DNA of 64,000 bases from Antedon mediterranea (taxonomy: Eukaryota > Animalia > Echinodermata). This document shows positions 44,801-58,527 of the stretch, in pieces (the first letter of the stretch is position 1; the number at the start of each line of letters is the position of its first letter). The notes under the pieces are model-generated. The model saw only the letters and a list, made by a program, of their open reading frames with translations. It was not told where the DNA came from and did no database searches. The translations under genes were made by a program, and so were the position numbers. Location: NCBI RefSeq assembly GCF_964355755.1, contig NC_092675.1:16712912-16776911 (forward strand). The letters run 5' to 3'.

Positions 44801-47800
44801 GATATTATATTTTGTGGCAGTACCATGAGTATACAGTATAATTTATACAATATTTATTTTGTTAACAATGTAACTAATTGTAGTAATATATTGAACAGTT
44901 AAACCTCCCCCCTATGTAATCTACGGACATTTATAAAAAAGCCTGTTTGTTAATACTATGCATTAGGTCTGTTTTCACACTGTGTGATTAAAGATGTTTA
45001 AAATGTATATTTTTAAACTACCTTAATAACAGGTTTCCATGTTAAATCAATGTGTTTGAATGTTGACGGAACACCAAGAGGTCCGTTTGATTTATTATCA
45101 TCAACAGATGGTGCTTGTCCCTTAGGTGGTCTTGTATCCCATACTGCAACGGTACTAAATTATAATAATAACAATCATTAATAATTAGACTGGGTGCCGA
45201 GAGAATTTATTCATGTGAAAATCCACAAAAGGTTTGATGGGCTGATTATGTAGATAGCTAAGATTCAATAATCAATATTGCTGCCGGGTCCTATCCTGTA
45301 AATTTAATAATAAATTAGTAAATAAAAAGCCACAGGAATAAAAGTTATTGGACATCGTCCCCATATGTGTATACAGTGTTAAAACAGCAATGATAGCAAC
45401 TTTATCCTGTAACCTGCCCAAGACAGTCGCCCAAGTGATGACCAAGAAATGGTGTTATTCATTCATGTCAATTCCTTTTGCATTGTAACTGTCACACATT
45501 GGCAGCAACTTTATCATGTAAGTTGGCCCAGACAGTGTCCCAAAAAATTCTGATTTGCCCCTTACAAGATTTAATAACCAAAGAGTCACACGGCTAGTTC
45601 ATTTAGCATTGTAATAATACCCTAGGCTTTGGGATATACGAACATACTCACGACCAACTTTATCTTGTTAGTTGCTCCAGACAGTAGCCCAAAAATGCCT
45701 GTTGGGCCCTACAAGGTTTAATCATGCGAAAACCATATGTCAAAATCCCTTTTACATTGTAATTAATACCCTTTGGGATATACCTAATACCATTGAAAGC
45801 AACTTTATCATGTAAGTTGCCCCAGACAGTATCCCAAAAATGTCCAATTCCGGGCCCCTACAAGATTTAATAAATCAAAGACAATGGCTAATTCTTTTTC
45901 TTAACTATTACACATTGAGGTGGAGGTCAGGACGTTCAAAGTCATGGGTTGACCGGGATAAAAACATTAATTGGACAACATAAAAGTATATCATCTAACT
46001 GAAGACCGACGTACTTGACGATCCATCATTGCATTTTCGAGGAGCCGTCAGACATGGCTGACATATATCGATATATTTTGCCAAGAAAAAATGTTTACCG
46101 TGCCTCATTTATGTCATGTAATGCTCCAAATCCTTAAATCTGGTATATTGCATGCAATTATTTTAAAATATCATTTTAATTGGCTTTCTATATACTGTAT
46201 AGATATAGTTGAAATCACTAGAACGTATATAAAAACCTATTAAATTAAAAGATACCTCGTTTTGTGCATTCAACACGACCACAAGGAACGTGAAGCAAAC
46301 ACTTGCTGCGAGTACGAGTTGGAATATTCAACTTAAACAAAGCAACAAGAGGATAATCATAAACGGAATTGAATGAGTTGTATAAAAAAACCATATCAAA
46401 AACAACTCTACGATTTTTAAGAGAAATAAGAGAAACATCAAAATTAGGACAAGTGCGAGTAAGGAATCTAATGGTATATGGCATATGGTATTAAGTTTTT
46501 TTACAGAGAATGTTACCTTCACTAAACGTTTCGAGAGTGAAAGAAAATGGTATAAATGAAATTGAGTGGTTTTTTTTATCGTGATCAAAATACCATTTTA
46601 AACTGAAAAATAAATGTATGATATACACTTGATCATATATAACTTTTATTCTTTTGATATTCAAATAGTCTTGAAAAGAAGCCCATATTATCTTGAAAAA
46701 AGCCCAGTGTGCTTCTTAATCAATCAATACTGTAGTTTCAAAATACAGAATACCTTTTAAAAACAAAAATAAACTAGAATTTAATAGTCACTTTGGAAGT
46801 CGTCCATTCACATGCTTAAATCTTTGTTATAGTAGATGTTTGGTTACTGTCTGGGGGAAAACATTGCTGCTGGCTCACATGTGTTTTTTATATCTCAATG
46901 GTATTTTCGTATATCCCAAGGGTAATAATTACAATGCAAGAAAAAAAAATAGCTGTGTGGTTAAATCTTGTAGTGGCTGAGGAATATAATTTGTAGGCTA
47001 CTCTCTTGGGCAACGTACAGAATAAAGTTGCCGTCAATGGTATTTTTGTATATCCACTGCAATGGAAAGTTATACAATATGCCATGTGGCTCGTCGAGTT
47101 ATTAAATTTTGTAGGGGTCGGAATCGGAAATTGTTGGCCTACTATCTGGGGCAACTTAGAGGATAAATAAAAAGGTATTCGAAATTAGCCTAAATCACAA
47201 ACAGCATTAAGACACACACAACAAATATATATATATTTTCCATGAGAAATCTTATGTAGGAGAATTTTACAGTAGGCGGAGATATGCACTCTCGGAGTGG
47301 CTTTCTAGTTTTACATGTATTACTGCAGTACATATTAGTATAAATTTTGTACCTTGCTATACCTACTGCAGTATGTACCTTGCCACTTTTATTATATATG
47401 TTTATCATTTAATTTATTTTTTTCACTTACCCATCTGTAGAAGCAGTGAGAATTTGGCAGCATGTCTGTTGTCTATTTTCACATATAACTCCCATTCTTG
47501 TAAACTACAGAATAAAAAATTACTCCTGATTGTGAACATGTTCTGTATTGTTTACCCAGTATATTTTTTAAAGATTTCTTAATTCTAACCAATTTGTAAC
47601 CAACAATTTCATATCTAGACATTTGTTGGTGCATATTCCTTTTGAATTTAGAGAACAATATTCTCTGTACTATATTCTAAATTGTTTCAGTTTCATTGTT
47701 CTCTAATCTCACCATATCTTTATTTTTATTTATTGCACATAAAAACCAAGTTACAATTTGAAACAGAAAAATAGAAATCATCACAAAGTCAAAAAAAAAA

Positions 47801-50800
47801 AAGGCAAAACAAACTGCAATAAACATTTTGAAGGCTGATTGAAGGAAAGATGGTCAAATGATAAAGATTTGATCATATGATAACAATTATCTGTCATTTG
47901 TACCTTTTTTGAGGCATGAAATATATGCAAACAACCAAATTTGTGCAAACATGGCACACCCAAATGTGCAATTCTGTAAAAATGTATAATCCACTAATGT
48001 GCCAACATCTTCAAATGTAAAAATGTTCAGGGCTCAACATACCTCAATATGATCTGGTACCCATTGAATATCTGCAACGGCTGTCTTGTGGCTATGTTCA
48101 ATAGCTGATACTGCACAATAACGAATAATAGGAGTTTTATCTGAATTTTCATCTTCAAAACCAGGCTACAAAATTATAAAAGTAATGATTATTAAAAATG
48201 TGTGTCTTAATTTTATCCATTTGAAAATCAAATCAGTGTGGTGCTGGGAAAATCCTCCCAACAATCCACTCACTAAACTTTAAAAGCCTACAATATGAGA
48301 CCATATGTTTGTAACTGTTTATAGTTTTCTTTTATAACAATACTTGTTTTAAGCCTCTATTAAATTCTAACTTTCTTGTAATCTGATGACCTACAGATTG
48401 GATGCAGGCTCTGATCTATACCTATCTCCATTTCGTATTTATTTACATTCTGTCTGCACTAATTGTTTCCCAAATAAAATAAATTATTTACCAAACTAGT
48501 CATCGTGTTCTTTTTGGGTTGCTTGCCTCGCTGACTGTTCTTGAGACGTTCTACATGCTTTGATATATCCCACATGACAACCTGACCATTTATACAACCT
48601 CCAGTAATCACATTCGGGTCAGATGGATTGAATTTGAAACAGAAAATGTCATCTGGAGCTTCCAATAAAATCTAGAAAACGAGTGAGTAATACAATGGTT
48701 AATTTATTGAATTGAATTTTATATTTATATTTATACTGGGTAACCTCTTCAGTCAAAGACTGGTCTCCCTGAGGGCCCAGTTGGTGATCAGTGGCTATGA
48801 TGTACTAATACACCGGGGTAACCCCCTACTCGTCTCGAAACATGTACTAGGTTCTTTAAAGTGCACACAAGCTAGATGTGTACACTGGACCTACGGTTTA
48901 TAGTCCTTATCCGAGAAGACTCGTTCTGCCACCAGAACCATGGAGTGAGTGAGATGTGATCATCTCTATGTATTCACCACAAACTTTCAAATACAAACTT
49001 TCCACATACCAGTTCAATTTGTGAAACAACAGGGTACACTATAAGTTTCTGTAATAGTATAAACTCAGAAAAGAGTGAGGCAAGCCATTAGGATTCCTAA
49101 ATTTCGAATTTAATTTGTTCATCTTGAACAGATAAAACTGATGAACAAATAAAGTGCCAAGATCAAGTCAGCTGCGATGAGGGTCAGGGCAGATACATTC
49201 AAGTATACCAACTATCTATTTATTATTGATAAAAATGGAGGATTGCTCACACCCGTTAAATAACGAATATGTAGTTAAAAAACCCGAATTAAAATGCAAT
49301 ACTACTCGATGTAGGAAATCATTTGTCCACAACTTAACACATGTCTCCGACTCAACATTTCAAAGATTATTATGTATTTTATCCCTCTAGTAACTATGTA
49401 ATTTTTATATAACTATTGTATTGATTTTTATTACTGCTATATTTTCTGTATAGTGTGTGTAATTAAGCATCAAGGAAAACAAATTTCATGTTTGTCTTGT
49501 TGTGGTCATGACAATCAAGATTTATCTTATCTTATTCTCTTTGATAAAACGTTTATTTTAAAGTGCACATAATGCTTTCTTTCTACAATTACCTGTGGGT
49601 GGATGGGATCACTAAAGCTCCAGATGAGGATTAATGAGGGCGCCATAAGCACCTTTGATGCATTATCGATACGTTCATCAAACAGCATTCTCTCGGCGCA
49701 TGCCACAGCTATCACACCTTTGAATGTTGGATGCCATTCAACTGATGTAATAGTCTTTTCTTTGCTGAACTGCATATCTGTAAAAGACTGGTATTCCTAA
49801 GAAAAAACAAAAATGCAACATTTAGTGATTGTTTCCTGCAGACTCAAGACTCCAACTTTGGCAAGAACAGTTTTCTAGAAAGTTTGCTAGTTTGCTGAGA
49901 AGGTAGGCTGTGCACCTTCTTGACAAACTAGTTTGCTGAGAAGGTAGGCTGTGCACCTTCTTGACAAACTAGTTTGCTGAGAAGGTAGGCTGTGCACCTT
50001 CTTGACAAACTAGTTTGCTGAGAAGGTAGGCTGTGCACCTTCTTGACAAACTAGTTTGCTGAGAAGGTAGGCTGTGCACCTTCTTGACAAACTAGTTTGC
50101 TGAGAAGGTAGGCTGTGCACCTTCTTGACAAGCTAGTTTGCTGAGAAGGTAGGCTGTGCACCTTCTTGACAAACTAGTTTGCTGAGAAGGTAGGCTGTGC
50201 ACCTTATTGACAAACTAGTTTGCTGAGAAGGTAGGCTGTGCACCTTCTTGACAAACTAGTTTGCTGAGAAGGTAGGCTGTGCACCTTCTTGACAAACTAG
50301 TTTGCTGAGAAGGTAGGCTGTGCACCTTCTTGACAAACTAGTTTGCTGAGAAGGTAGGCTGTGCACCTTATTGACAAACTAGTTTGCTGAGAAGGTAGGC
50401 TGTGCACCTTCTTGACAAACTAGTTTGCTGAGAAGGTAGGCTGTGCACCTTATTGACAAACTAGTTTGCTGAGAAGGTAGGCTGTGCACCTTATTGACAA
50501 ACTAGTTTGCTGAGAAGATAGGCTGTGCACCTTCTTGACAAACTAGTTTGCTGAGAAGGTAGGCTGTGCACCTTCTTGACAAACTAGTTTGCTGAGAAGG
50601 TATAGGCTGTGCACCTTATTGACAAACTAGTTTGCTGATAAGGTAGGCTGTGCATCTTCTTGACAAACTAGTTTGCTGAGAAGGTAGGCTGTGCATCTTC
50701 TTGACAAACTAGTTTGCTGAGAAGGTAGGCTGTGCACCTTATTGACAAACTAGTTTGCTGAGAAGGTATAGGCTGTGCACCTTCTTGACAAACTAGTTTG

Positions 50801-53800
50801 CTGAGAAGGCAGGCTGTGCACCTTCTGGATAAACTAGTTTGCTGAGAAGGTAGACTGTGCACCTTCTTGACAAACTAGTTTGCTGAGAAGGTAGGCTGTG
50901 CACCTTCTTGATAAACTAGTTTGCTGAGAGCTGTGCATCTTCTTGAAAAACTAGTTTGCTGAGAAGGTAGGCTGTGCACCTTCTTGACAAACTAGTTTGC
51001 TGAGAAGGTAGGCTGTGCACCTTATTGATAAATTAGTTTGCTGAGAAGGTAGGCTGTGCACCTTCTTGATAAACTAGTTTGCTGAGAAGGTAGGCTGTGC
51101 ACCTTATTGACAAACTAGTTTGCTGAGAAGGTAGGCTGTGCACCTTCTTGATAAACTAGTTTGCTGAGAAGGTAGGCTGTGCATCTTCTTGACAAACTAG
51201 TTTGCTGAGAAGGTAGGCTGTGCACCTTCTTGATAAACTAGTTTGCTGATAGCTGTGCATCTTCTTGAAAAACTAGTTTGCTGAGAAGGTAGGCTGTGCA
51301 CCTTCTTGACAAACTAGTTTGCTGAGAAGGTATAGGCTGTGCACCTTATTGACAAACTAGTTTGCTGAGAAGGTAGGCTGTGCATCTTCTTGACAAACTA
51401 GTTTGCTGAGAAGGTAGGCTGTGCACTTTCTTGACAAACTAGTTTGCTGCAGTTCAAAAACTTAATGAATCAAATAACAGCCATAGCTATGGAATTTGAA
51501 ATGGACGAACACTAACTTTCAAATGATTATCAGACTTGCTTCCAAACGAGCTGTCTTCATCGGCCAATGCTGTCCAGTCATCATAAAACACATCCATAAT
51601 CTCATTTTGCTGTAGTGCCAATTGAAATCTAAATATAAACATCCATGGCAGACAAATGATTTAGGAAGGTTCCATTGAATCAAAGGTAACATGATTGAGT
51701 GATGTGAAATTTAAATTTCTAGGCCAATGTTGCAACAACCTATTTTCCAGATGATTGTTGGTCTATGTTTCACAAATTTAATCAGCAGCTACTGAACAAA
51801 GCAAGCAGACTACTTACCTAGGAGTTGTATTCTCTATAAAATTCTTTAACTGTTGTGATTGCAGATGCTTGTTCTTTTCTTCTTCATTAAATTCTCTTGG
51901 TGCATATTGGGTAGACTTGTTACACGGATGTTTCCTGACAGCCAACAAATATAATAGAGAACTTATTCTAATATATCATACATCGGGAGAGGTTAGGCAA
52001 AGAGTTTTAGATACAGGAATAACAGAGTGACCAGGAGAATATTTTTTAAAAATGATTTGGTCCCTAACTTTTATTCAAAATAAATTAGGTTAATAGTTTA
52101 ATTTCTGTTGAATACAACATATTACATGTGTCCATTGATTAATTTTATAATTAAAAAAATATGCATTTTGCTTTAATATCACATAATTAAGCCTTGTCTA
52201 CACTATACAACTGTAATGTACCCATATATAGACATGATAATGACATATCATTACCATGTTTGGGCATATCACTTCCACACTTTTTTGTCAAACTAGTTTG
52301 ATAGTGTAGACAGAGCTTTATATATTATTGCCAATGTAATATAAGAAACTTAAATATGCTATTTTAGAATACTGTACTGTACATTTACCATTCAGTTTGA
52401 GATCCATTATCTGTTGTTTCACTAATCGCTTGAACAGATTTATTTAGTTCCATTCTCTTGACACTAAAGTTCTTGTCTTCATAAGCTACACATTCAATGT
52501 AACCATCCTTAGCATCATCAGGACCTCTGTCAGAGAATTGAACTGGTGCTCCAAATTCATGACGTACACGCTTAAGAGTGAAAGATATCTAAAAGAAATA
52601 GGAGATAAATCAGATGATGGAGATGATTACAGAAATTATAAGAAATAGTAGGAATCTGGTTATCAACATTTGAAGAGAAGAGGTAATAATATACACAATA
52701 AAAGAATGGTCGTAATATTTTCCAATTTTAGTTTTTTTGTCTACCTTTTTTCGTGTTTCTTCAATTGACTCCTCTTTAATTTCTTTTTCACTGCCCTGTG
52801 AGACCCATTCCTTAGGTTCTGGTGGCACATATGTGTAAACTGTTAAATCAACCTCTTCTTCCTCTGCTTGTCGTTGTCCTTCTTCCCTCTCTCCATCTTC
52901 ACCTTCAACCTGTTCTGCTGTCGGTGGCTATGAAAACAAAACACACATGCATTGACTTTAATAAATTACAAAAATAACATGTTGAAAGTTTGTGAAATTT
53001 GAATTTGATACAGTACATACTGTCCATATAGGGTTTGTTTACTAACCAAACTAATATACTGTCAAATCTCATCTTTTTTTTTCCAATTTTGAATTGCCTT
53101 TAGTATATACAGTATACTATATATATATAAACACAAGAGGCAAAGAACATTAATTCTAAACCGCCCGGTGATATACTGAAATTTAATTAATTAATTTGAA
53201 ACGATAAAGATGAGGAAATCTGTGAGAATGAGAAAAAGTCGCCCCAACCGCCTGCTTGATATGCAGATGTCCTAACCATTAGACCACTGGGGCTTTCATG
53301 GTATTGTTCGAACTCGATTGGATAACGACTCTTTAACATTCTCGGCGTGGTACGGCGGAACAGCACTAGTCCTCAGTTGTACGCACGCGCAACAGAGATC
53401 AAATTGATACGCCCTCATCTTTCAGTATTTTTATTCATGAGGCGGGATCTCCGAAGAGATACTTTTATATATATAAACACAAGAGGCAAAGAACCTTAAT
53501 TCTAAACCGCCCGTTGATATACTGAAATTTAATTAATTAATTTGAAACGATAAATATATATACAGTATACTGTATATTATACTATACTATGTAAATACTG
53601 TATATATACTGTATATATGTAAACTGTATATCTTTGATATTAACTTTCTTTTTTTCCAGTCCGTTACGCTAAAGGCAGCCCTTGTCTTTTTTTATATTCT
53701 CAACTTTGTCTAAGTAATCTCACTTATGTTGCCCAAAAGCGCTGCAAATTTTTCTGGCTGATTTACTTTATTGTATTGTTTTAGCTTTTTGCTTATTTTA

Positions 53801-56800
53801 TTTTGTATTTCTATTGAGATCCAGCCACTGATAAATGTCCTTTTTCAGTAATTTGCCTTTGGATTTGATATTAACTTACACGCATAAGCTTTTCTTTAGC
53901 TTCTTCTGTGAGTGCAATAATAAAGTTCTGTCCATGGACATAATCTGCATCATATACAACTAATAGTACATCTGCTGGATAGTCCTAAATGAAAAGATAA
54001 ATAATCTTATTTTAAGTCTCTAGGCTAAAGACAAAGGATTATCAATAATATATTAATCACTGTCCTATCAGATAGTTAGAAATCCCCATCCCCCTTCCAC
54101 CCTTCTGATAAAGGGGCTATTTTGTGAACCAGTTTACTGTAGTAACCTCATACTCATTTCGATTGATGAACTGGGTTTTTCAAAGTGCACACAGGCAAAA
54201 CGTGTACACCGGACCTATGGATTATAGTCCTTATCCGAGAAGACTTGTTTCATCCCCAGAACTAGGAGCAACTGTCGGCCTTGAATCCATGCCGGTATTG
54301 GTGTCTTTTGGTATAGTAAACGTCGCCCCTGCCTTAAGTGATTGGCCATTTGACTCCTTCATTAGATTTACTCCATTACTTACTTAAAATCTCAAAGTAA
54401 AAAATAAATCTTTCAATGGATAAACAAAAATACTACACAACCATCAACAACAATATCCATTCCTTCTTTATTTAAGTCTAGAGATATGAATGCCAGCCTA
54501 GTGATCTGGAGGTTAAAGGATTCCCATCTAAGAATTACTTAGTATTGCAAGTACAACTATATCAGAATAAATTACTTTTATAACTTACAATTATTTTTTG
54601 TTTTATTGGTGCAAAGTCACAAACACCAGCTCTCATCTTTAGATCTTGCAAGATTTCTTCTTTTGGAATCAATTTGAAGGGGTTTTCCATAGTAACATCC
54701 TCATCAGTGATACAGTGAAATATTTCTTGACTTTTAGATGAAAGAAAAAGTGGAATTGCATTTTCAGGAAGGCTGTCTGTTGATAAAATATAAGTGGTTT
54801 GTTAAAAAAATCATGGCATTAGCAGAATTTAAACTACTATATTACACAGTGTCACAGTCAAAAGTGTCGGGTAGTAAAAGTTAAACGAGAAGGGTAATTT
54901 GCATAGAACTATTCAGGTGTATTACCGTATATGAATTGCTGAGGAATGTATTAAGTACACCTCACATCAACCTTATAGAGAAGGGAGGTGTCACACCTCA
55001 GCTATAATACAGATTGACCATTTGCTGCCCAGTGGGGCTGAAGTTGGTACCAATACATAACTGTCTGAACACCATTTGAAGTAAACCAAGCCGAGTATAC
55101 ACATGAATGTTTATGTATGAAAAAGTGAAAAAGTCCATGAAGAAGTGACCGGCGGACAAAGAAATAAAGACATTCAGTTGCTAATATTACTGTATACTTT
55201 TAATTGCGTTCTGCAGTAGCCATATAATTAACTTCAATCTAGGCGTGTAACACATAGCTTATGAAAATATGTGAACGTGATTGGTTCAAACTGCATCATA
55301 TGACTACTGCTGCGAGGATCGTAAATCGTATATTTCCTCGAGTATGATGATATTGACTGAGTAATTTTAACGTGATTATCGTGTTACTGTCATTAAACAT
55401 ATAAAATCCAGTAAATTCTCGAGTATGATGATATTGACCGTCTAATTTTCGTGTGGGAACACTCGCGTGTGGCGATAAATAAACAAAAGTCATCTACTGA
55501 GACTTGAACTCGCGAAGATTAGTTCACATTATCACATGACAACGTTTTACCTGCTGCGCCACGCAACTTGCTTGAAGTAATTAATCAACTAAACTTTTCA
55601 AACTACCGTATGCATACATAGCCCCCTCATTGGTTATTCGTCCTCTATAGATATGATGAAAGAACATTTGTGATTGGTTAATACTTATGGTAGTAACCTG
55701 GTATGCGCGGCGAGCTGAACATCCGGTGATTCGGCTCAAAGAAGACGAATTATTATTTGGCCTACCTGATAATAATATTATTATTAATGTTGGCTTATTG
55801 ATGGAAATTCTTCTGTTAATTTAAATGACCTAGGCCCAAGTGAATATTTTATTGCCAAGAAATCATTAATTAGTAATTACATATCTGTTTATTATTCTTC
55901 GCAAGGTAAGGTGAATGCAACGCCTATCTAGGTAGGCTTATTACATAAAGGAGGCCTAGCTACACCTGACCCAGTTGATATTCTACTTGTTGTTGGCTAT
56001 AAAACAGATATTGCCTTTTATATCGGTAAAATATAAGATTTGACATTCCCTCGGGAATAATATTTTGTTCGAGGAAATATATTCCCTTGAACATAATATA
56101 ATCCCCTCTGGGATGTCAAATCTTATATTTAACCTCTATCTAACCAGGCAATATCTGTATAATATTGTTTTTTGGATAGGAATCCCATTATCAAATGTTA
56201 TGATTTAATTTTAAGTAGTATTTTTATTACAGTACCTAGTTTTGTTATGTAAAAAATTGGTAATGAAAAACTTAATTTTAGTAATAATTATAACCATTTT
56301 TCACTCTACCTTTATCCTCTGCTGCATCTGCTCCTGTTGCCGTTACATCATCTTCTCCTTTCTTTTTGCCTGAAAAAAAAACCCATTTATAAATAAAAAG
56401 TATATAAAAATATCTCTTGGTAAAATGTTTGGGCAAACTATCTAGAAAGTACACTTGTTAGGCATAAAATGAAGGTGAAAATTAAGGCGATATTTTACAC
56501 ATATCGCGCTACAACGTTTTTATTTATTCAAAACCATTCTTTTTACAAATTAAAATGAAATAAAAATATATTTAATGACATAAATATTATTATATTATAT
56601 TGTAGAACTTTCTATCAAACTTTGTGTTATTTTAAAATATTAAAATTTGGTTAATACTATTAACAACTAAAAACAAAATACCTTTGTTCTGTGATGTTTT
56701 CTTGCCTTTTGCTACCTTTGAAGGCTTTGAACTTCCCTGTCTAGAAGGACCATTTTCACTCACTTTTGACGCCGGCCTAGAATTGTTTTCCGGCTGTTTT

Positions 56801-56829
56801 ATTTCTGATTCAACTTCATTTGACGACAT
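41849..56829 (-). CDS. DNAI3: Dynein axonemal intermediate chain 3 (WDR63/IC140), 21 coding exons, 933 aa
   Basis: Exons 56829-56682, 56369-56310, 54776-54589, 53984-53880, 52927-52745, 52588-52389, 51934-51818, 51628-51517, 49796-49593, 48671-48492, 48165-48043, 47504-47431, 45154-45022, 44704-44620, 44228-44095, 43801-43738, 43565-43435, 43278-43074, 42788-42697, 42362-42243, 41992-41849 are GT-AG and sum to 2802 nt. Motifs: PLFLSSKSQEIFHCITDEDVT, LIWSFSDPIHPQILLEAPDDIFCFKFNP, GGCINGQVVMWDI, QRSPFFK, WSPTRPCVFYI, GTLHILEVPWTL. Confidence 0.93.
42453..42658. mobile_element. Harbinger-like MITE with internal duplications
   Basis: Ends AGCTCTATCTA...GATAGTGTAGACTTAGCT with repeated atatggtagtaatatg cores. 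Confidence 0.65.
45395..45880. repeat. Degenerate tandem repeat of about 110-150 bp, about 4 copies
   Basis: gcaactttatc(c/a/t)tgtaa..gcccc?agacagt recurs near 45397, 45506, 45655 and 45799; an inverted related copy lies near 47145. Confidence 0.55.
46220..46600 (-). pseudogene. Non-LTR retrotransposon (CR1/L2-like) ORF2 C-terminal fragment
   Basis: LISLKNRRVVFDMVFLYNSFN..LNIPTRTRS..LHVP resembles LINE RT C-terminal regions; frameshifted. Confidence 0.5.
48737..48955 (-). mobile_element. Nin/Deu-domain SINE fragment (second copy about 54140-54360)
   Basis: Minus strand gtcttctcggataaggactataaaccgtaggtcc...ttaaagaacc...ttcgagacgagtaggggttaccccggtgt resembles the conserved Deu/Nin SINE core as recalled. 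Confidence 0.6.
49882..51450. repeat. 41-bp minisatellite (about 38 copies) in a DNAI3 intron
   Basis: Unit tagtttgctgagaaggtaggctgtgcaccttcttgacaaac; anchors 49931 and 49972 are 41 bp apart. Confidence 0.95.
52190..52317. mobile_element. Harbinger-like MITE with TTA TSD
   Basis: TTA|AGCCTTGTCTACACTAT...ATAGTGTAGACAGAGCT|TTA. Confidence 0.75.
53128..53552 (-). mobile_element. (TA)n-flanked tRNA-containing repeat with a partial tandem duplicate
   Basis: Reverse complement of the 26610-27120 unit, followed by (TA)n and a repeat of its first about 80 bp (53476-53552). Confidence 0.7.
56003..56160. repeat. Palindromic short element (unclassified MITE-like)
   Basis: acagatattgcc..aaatataagatttgacat ... 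atgtcaaatcttatattt..ggcaatatctgt form inverted arms. Confidence 0.6.
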
Positions 56830-58146
56830 TGTGTAACCTTTTTTAAATTATTGTGAAAATATATTAAATGAGACATAGGCTAGGCTATAGGCCTCCTAGG
56901 CCCTAGCCACACAATGTAACACTTACTATTATACAGTAACACACACACACACACACTGAATCTATTATTATTTGCTTTTAAAATTGAAAATTGTTAACGG
57001 TAATTTTAAAATCTTTAAAAGTTTTATTTACTGTAGTATCATTAGATCATCATTTTGTTTTATATTGTAAGTCTTAAATTAAAGTTGCTATATGTTGTAC
57101 ATACCTGGTTTATCAAACAGTAGCAATATAAATTAGCTTCAATTCAATACTAAATTAGTCAGATTTTGATAATGGGAAAATTCAATTTTTATTGAAAAAA
57201 ATTGACATTTTTAAAGGCGAATGATAATAGTAATAACTGCAACATGCAACAATAATTACACCACCTATTTATGGACCTCGGTGCGATCATATTTTGAAAA
57301 AGGGTAGATGTTTTCCAAAGTTATTTTTAGCGTGCGGATTTTGGCTCACCGGCTTTTGTACATCATTTTTAACTCACGATTTCTATTAAAATATTTAATA
57401 AACAATATATATAAATAAACCCTTAAACAAGATCTTTCCAGACATATAATTTTATTCACATGGGTTCATAAGAAAGAGTATATTTTTAACTTCGAAATTT
57501 CACAAACGTGTTCAAATCGTGGTAATGAAAATCCGCTTTATGGGATACCTATTATAATAGTAAACTTTTTTACTTAAGTTTATTAATTTATCTGAATTTA
57601 AGAGCAATGTAAATAGTTAAATAATTGAAGATACATATTATACAGTATTAACTAGGGCCTATTAGACTTTCCTTTTTGTAATGTAGGCGTACTTTTAGTT
57701 ATTACTGTGTTAATCGCATGGACACGTTCCATACATATTGTTGTTGTTGACCATTTTGATGATGATAGAAAACAATTCATTTGATGCACAGTTGATCATG
57801 CCAAACTAAATACCATTATGAGGCCTAGCAAGTATTTCCCACTAGTAGGCCTATTACCTAGGAAAGGACTAGGCTAGCTAGGCCTAGGCTACATTGATCA
57901 TCAAGAACAAGGCAGACGAGACTGTGCCACTGTGTCTCGCTCGTCTCCGTCGACTCGGAGTCGGTTTGTCCATTCTTGCAAAAATAAATTTCTAGCATAA
58001 AACTAGGCCTATAATAATTGATAGTATGTTCTGAAACAAATATTCTAGACATATATGTACCTGGTGTCTGTATTGCAGCCCCTAGTTAGTATCTAGTCCT
58101 AGGCTAGCCTACACTCTAGCTTATTATGGCTTGATGCGTTGATGAT

Positions 58147-58160
58147 GTTGCCATAGATAA
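58147..58160. promoter_or_regulatory. Candidate RFX X-box upstream of DNAI3
   Basis: GTTGCCATAGATAA resembles the X-box consensus GTTGCCATGGCAAC; it lies about 1.3 kb upstream of the DNAI3 ATG, and DNAI3 is a motile-cilium gene. Confidence 0.45.
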
Positions 58161-58455
58161 GGGTCCCTAGGCCAGCAAAAAAAAGCTTTTACAATTTTGT
58201 TGGGAGAGGGCGCTTCTGCATATCATTTCAGACCACTTAGTTAGCTCTTTTGGGGTGTTATGTTGGAATAGACTGGTTTTGTTGTTAATAAATTACGTTC
58301 AAAATGCATAAAATATTTTAAAAACCCATCAAAAAAGGTTATTATATAGAACATAACATTTTAAATAATGCTTAAACCAACTAATTAATGAAATTTACAA
58401 TTACAGTCAGAAACTAGATTAAGTATATTCTTAAATTTAACTAAACTTCATGAAA

Positions 58456-58527
58456 GGGGATATAGCTCAGTGGTAGAGCATTCGACTGCAGATCGAGAGG
58501 TCCCTGGTTCAAATCCGGGTGTCCCCT
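58456..58527 (+). tRNA. tRNA-Cys (GCA)
   Basis: GGGGATA-TAGCTCAGTGGTAGAGCA-TTCGA CTGCAGA TCGAG-AGGTC-CCTGG TTCAAAT CCGGG-TGTCCCC-T: full cloverleaf with A and B boxes, discriminator U, followed by an oligo-T terminator. Confidence 0.95.
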
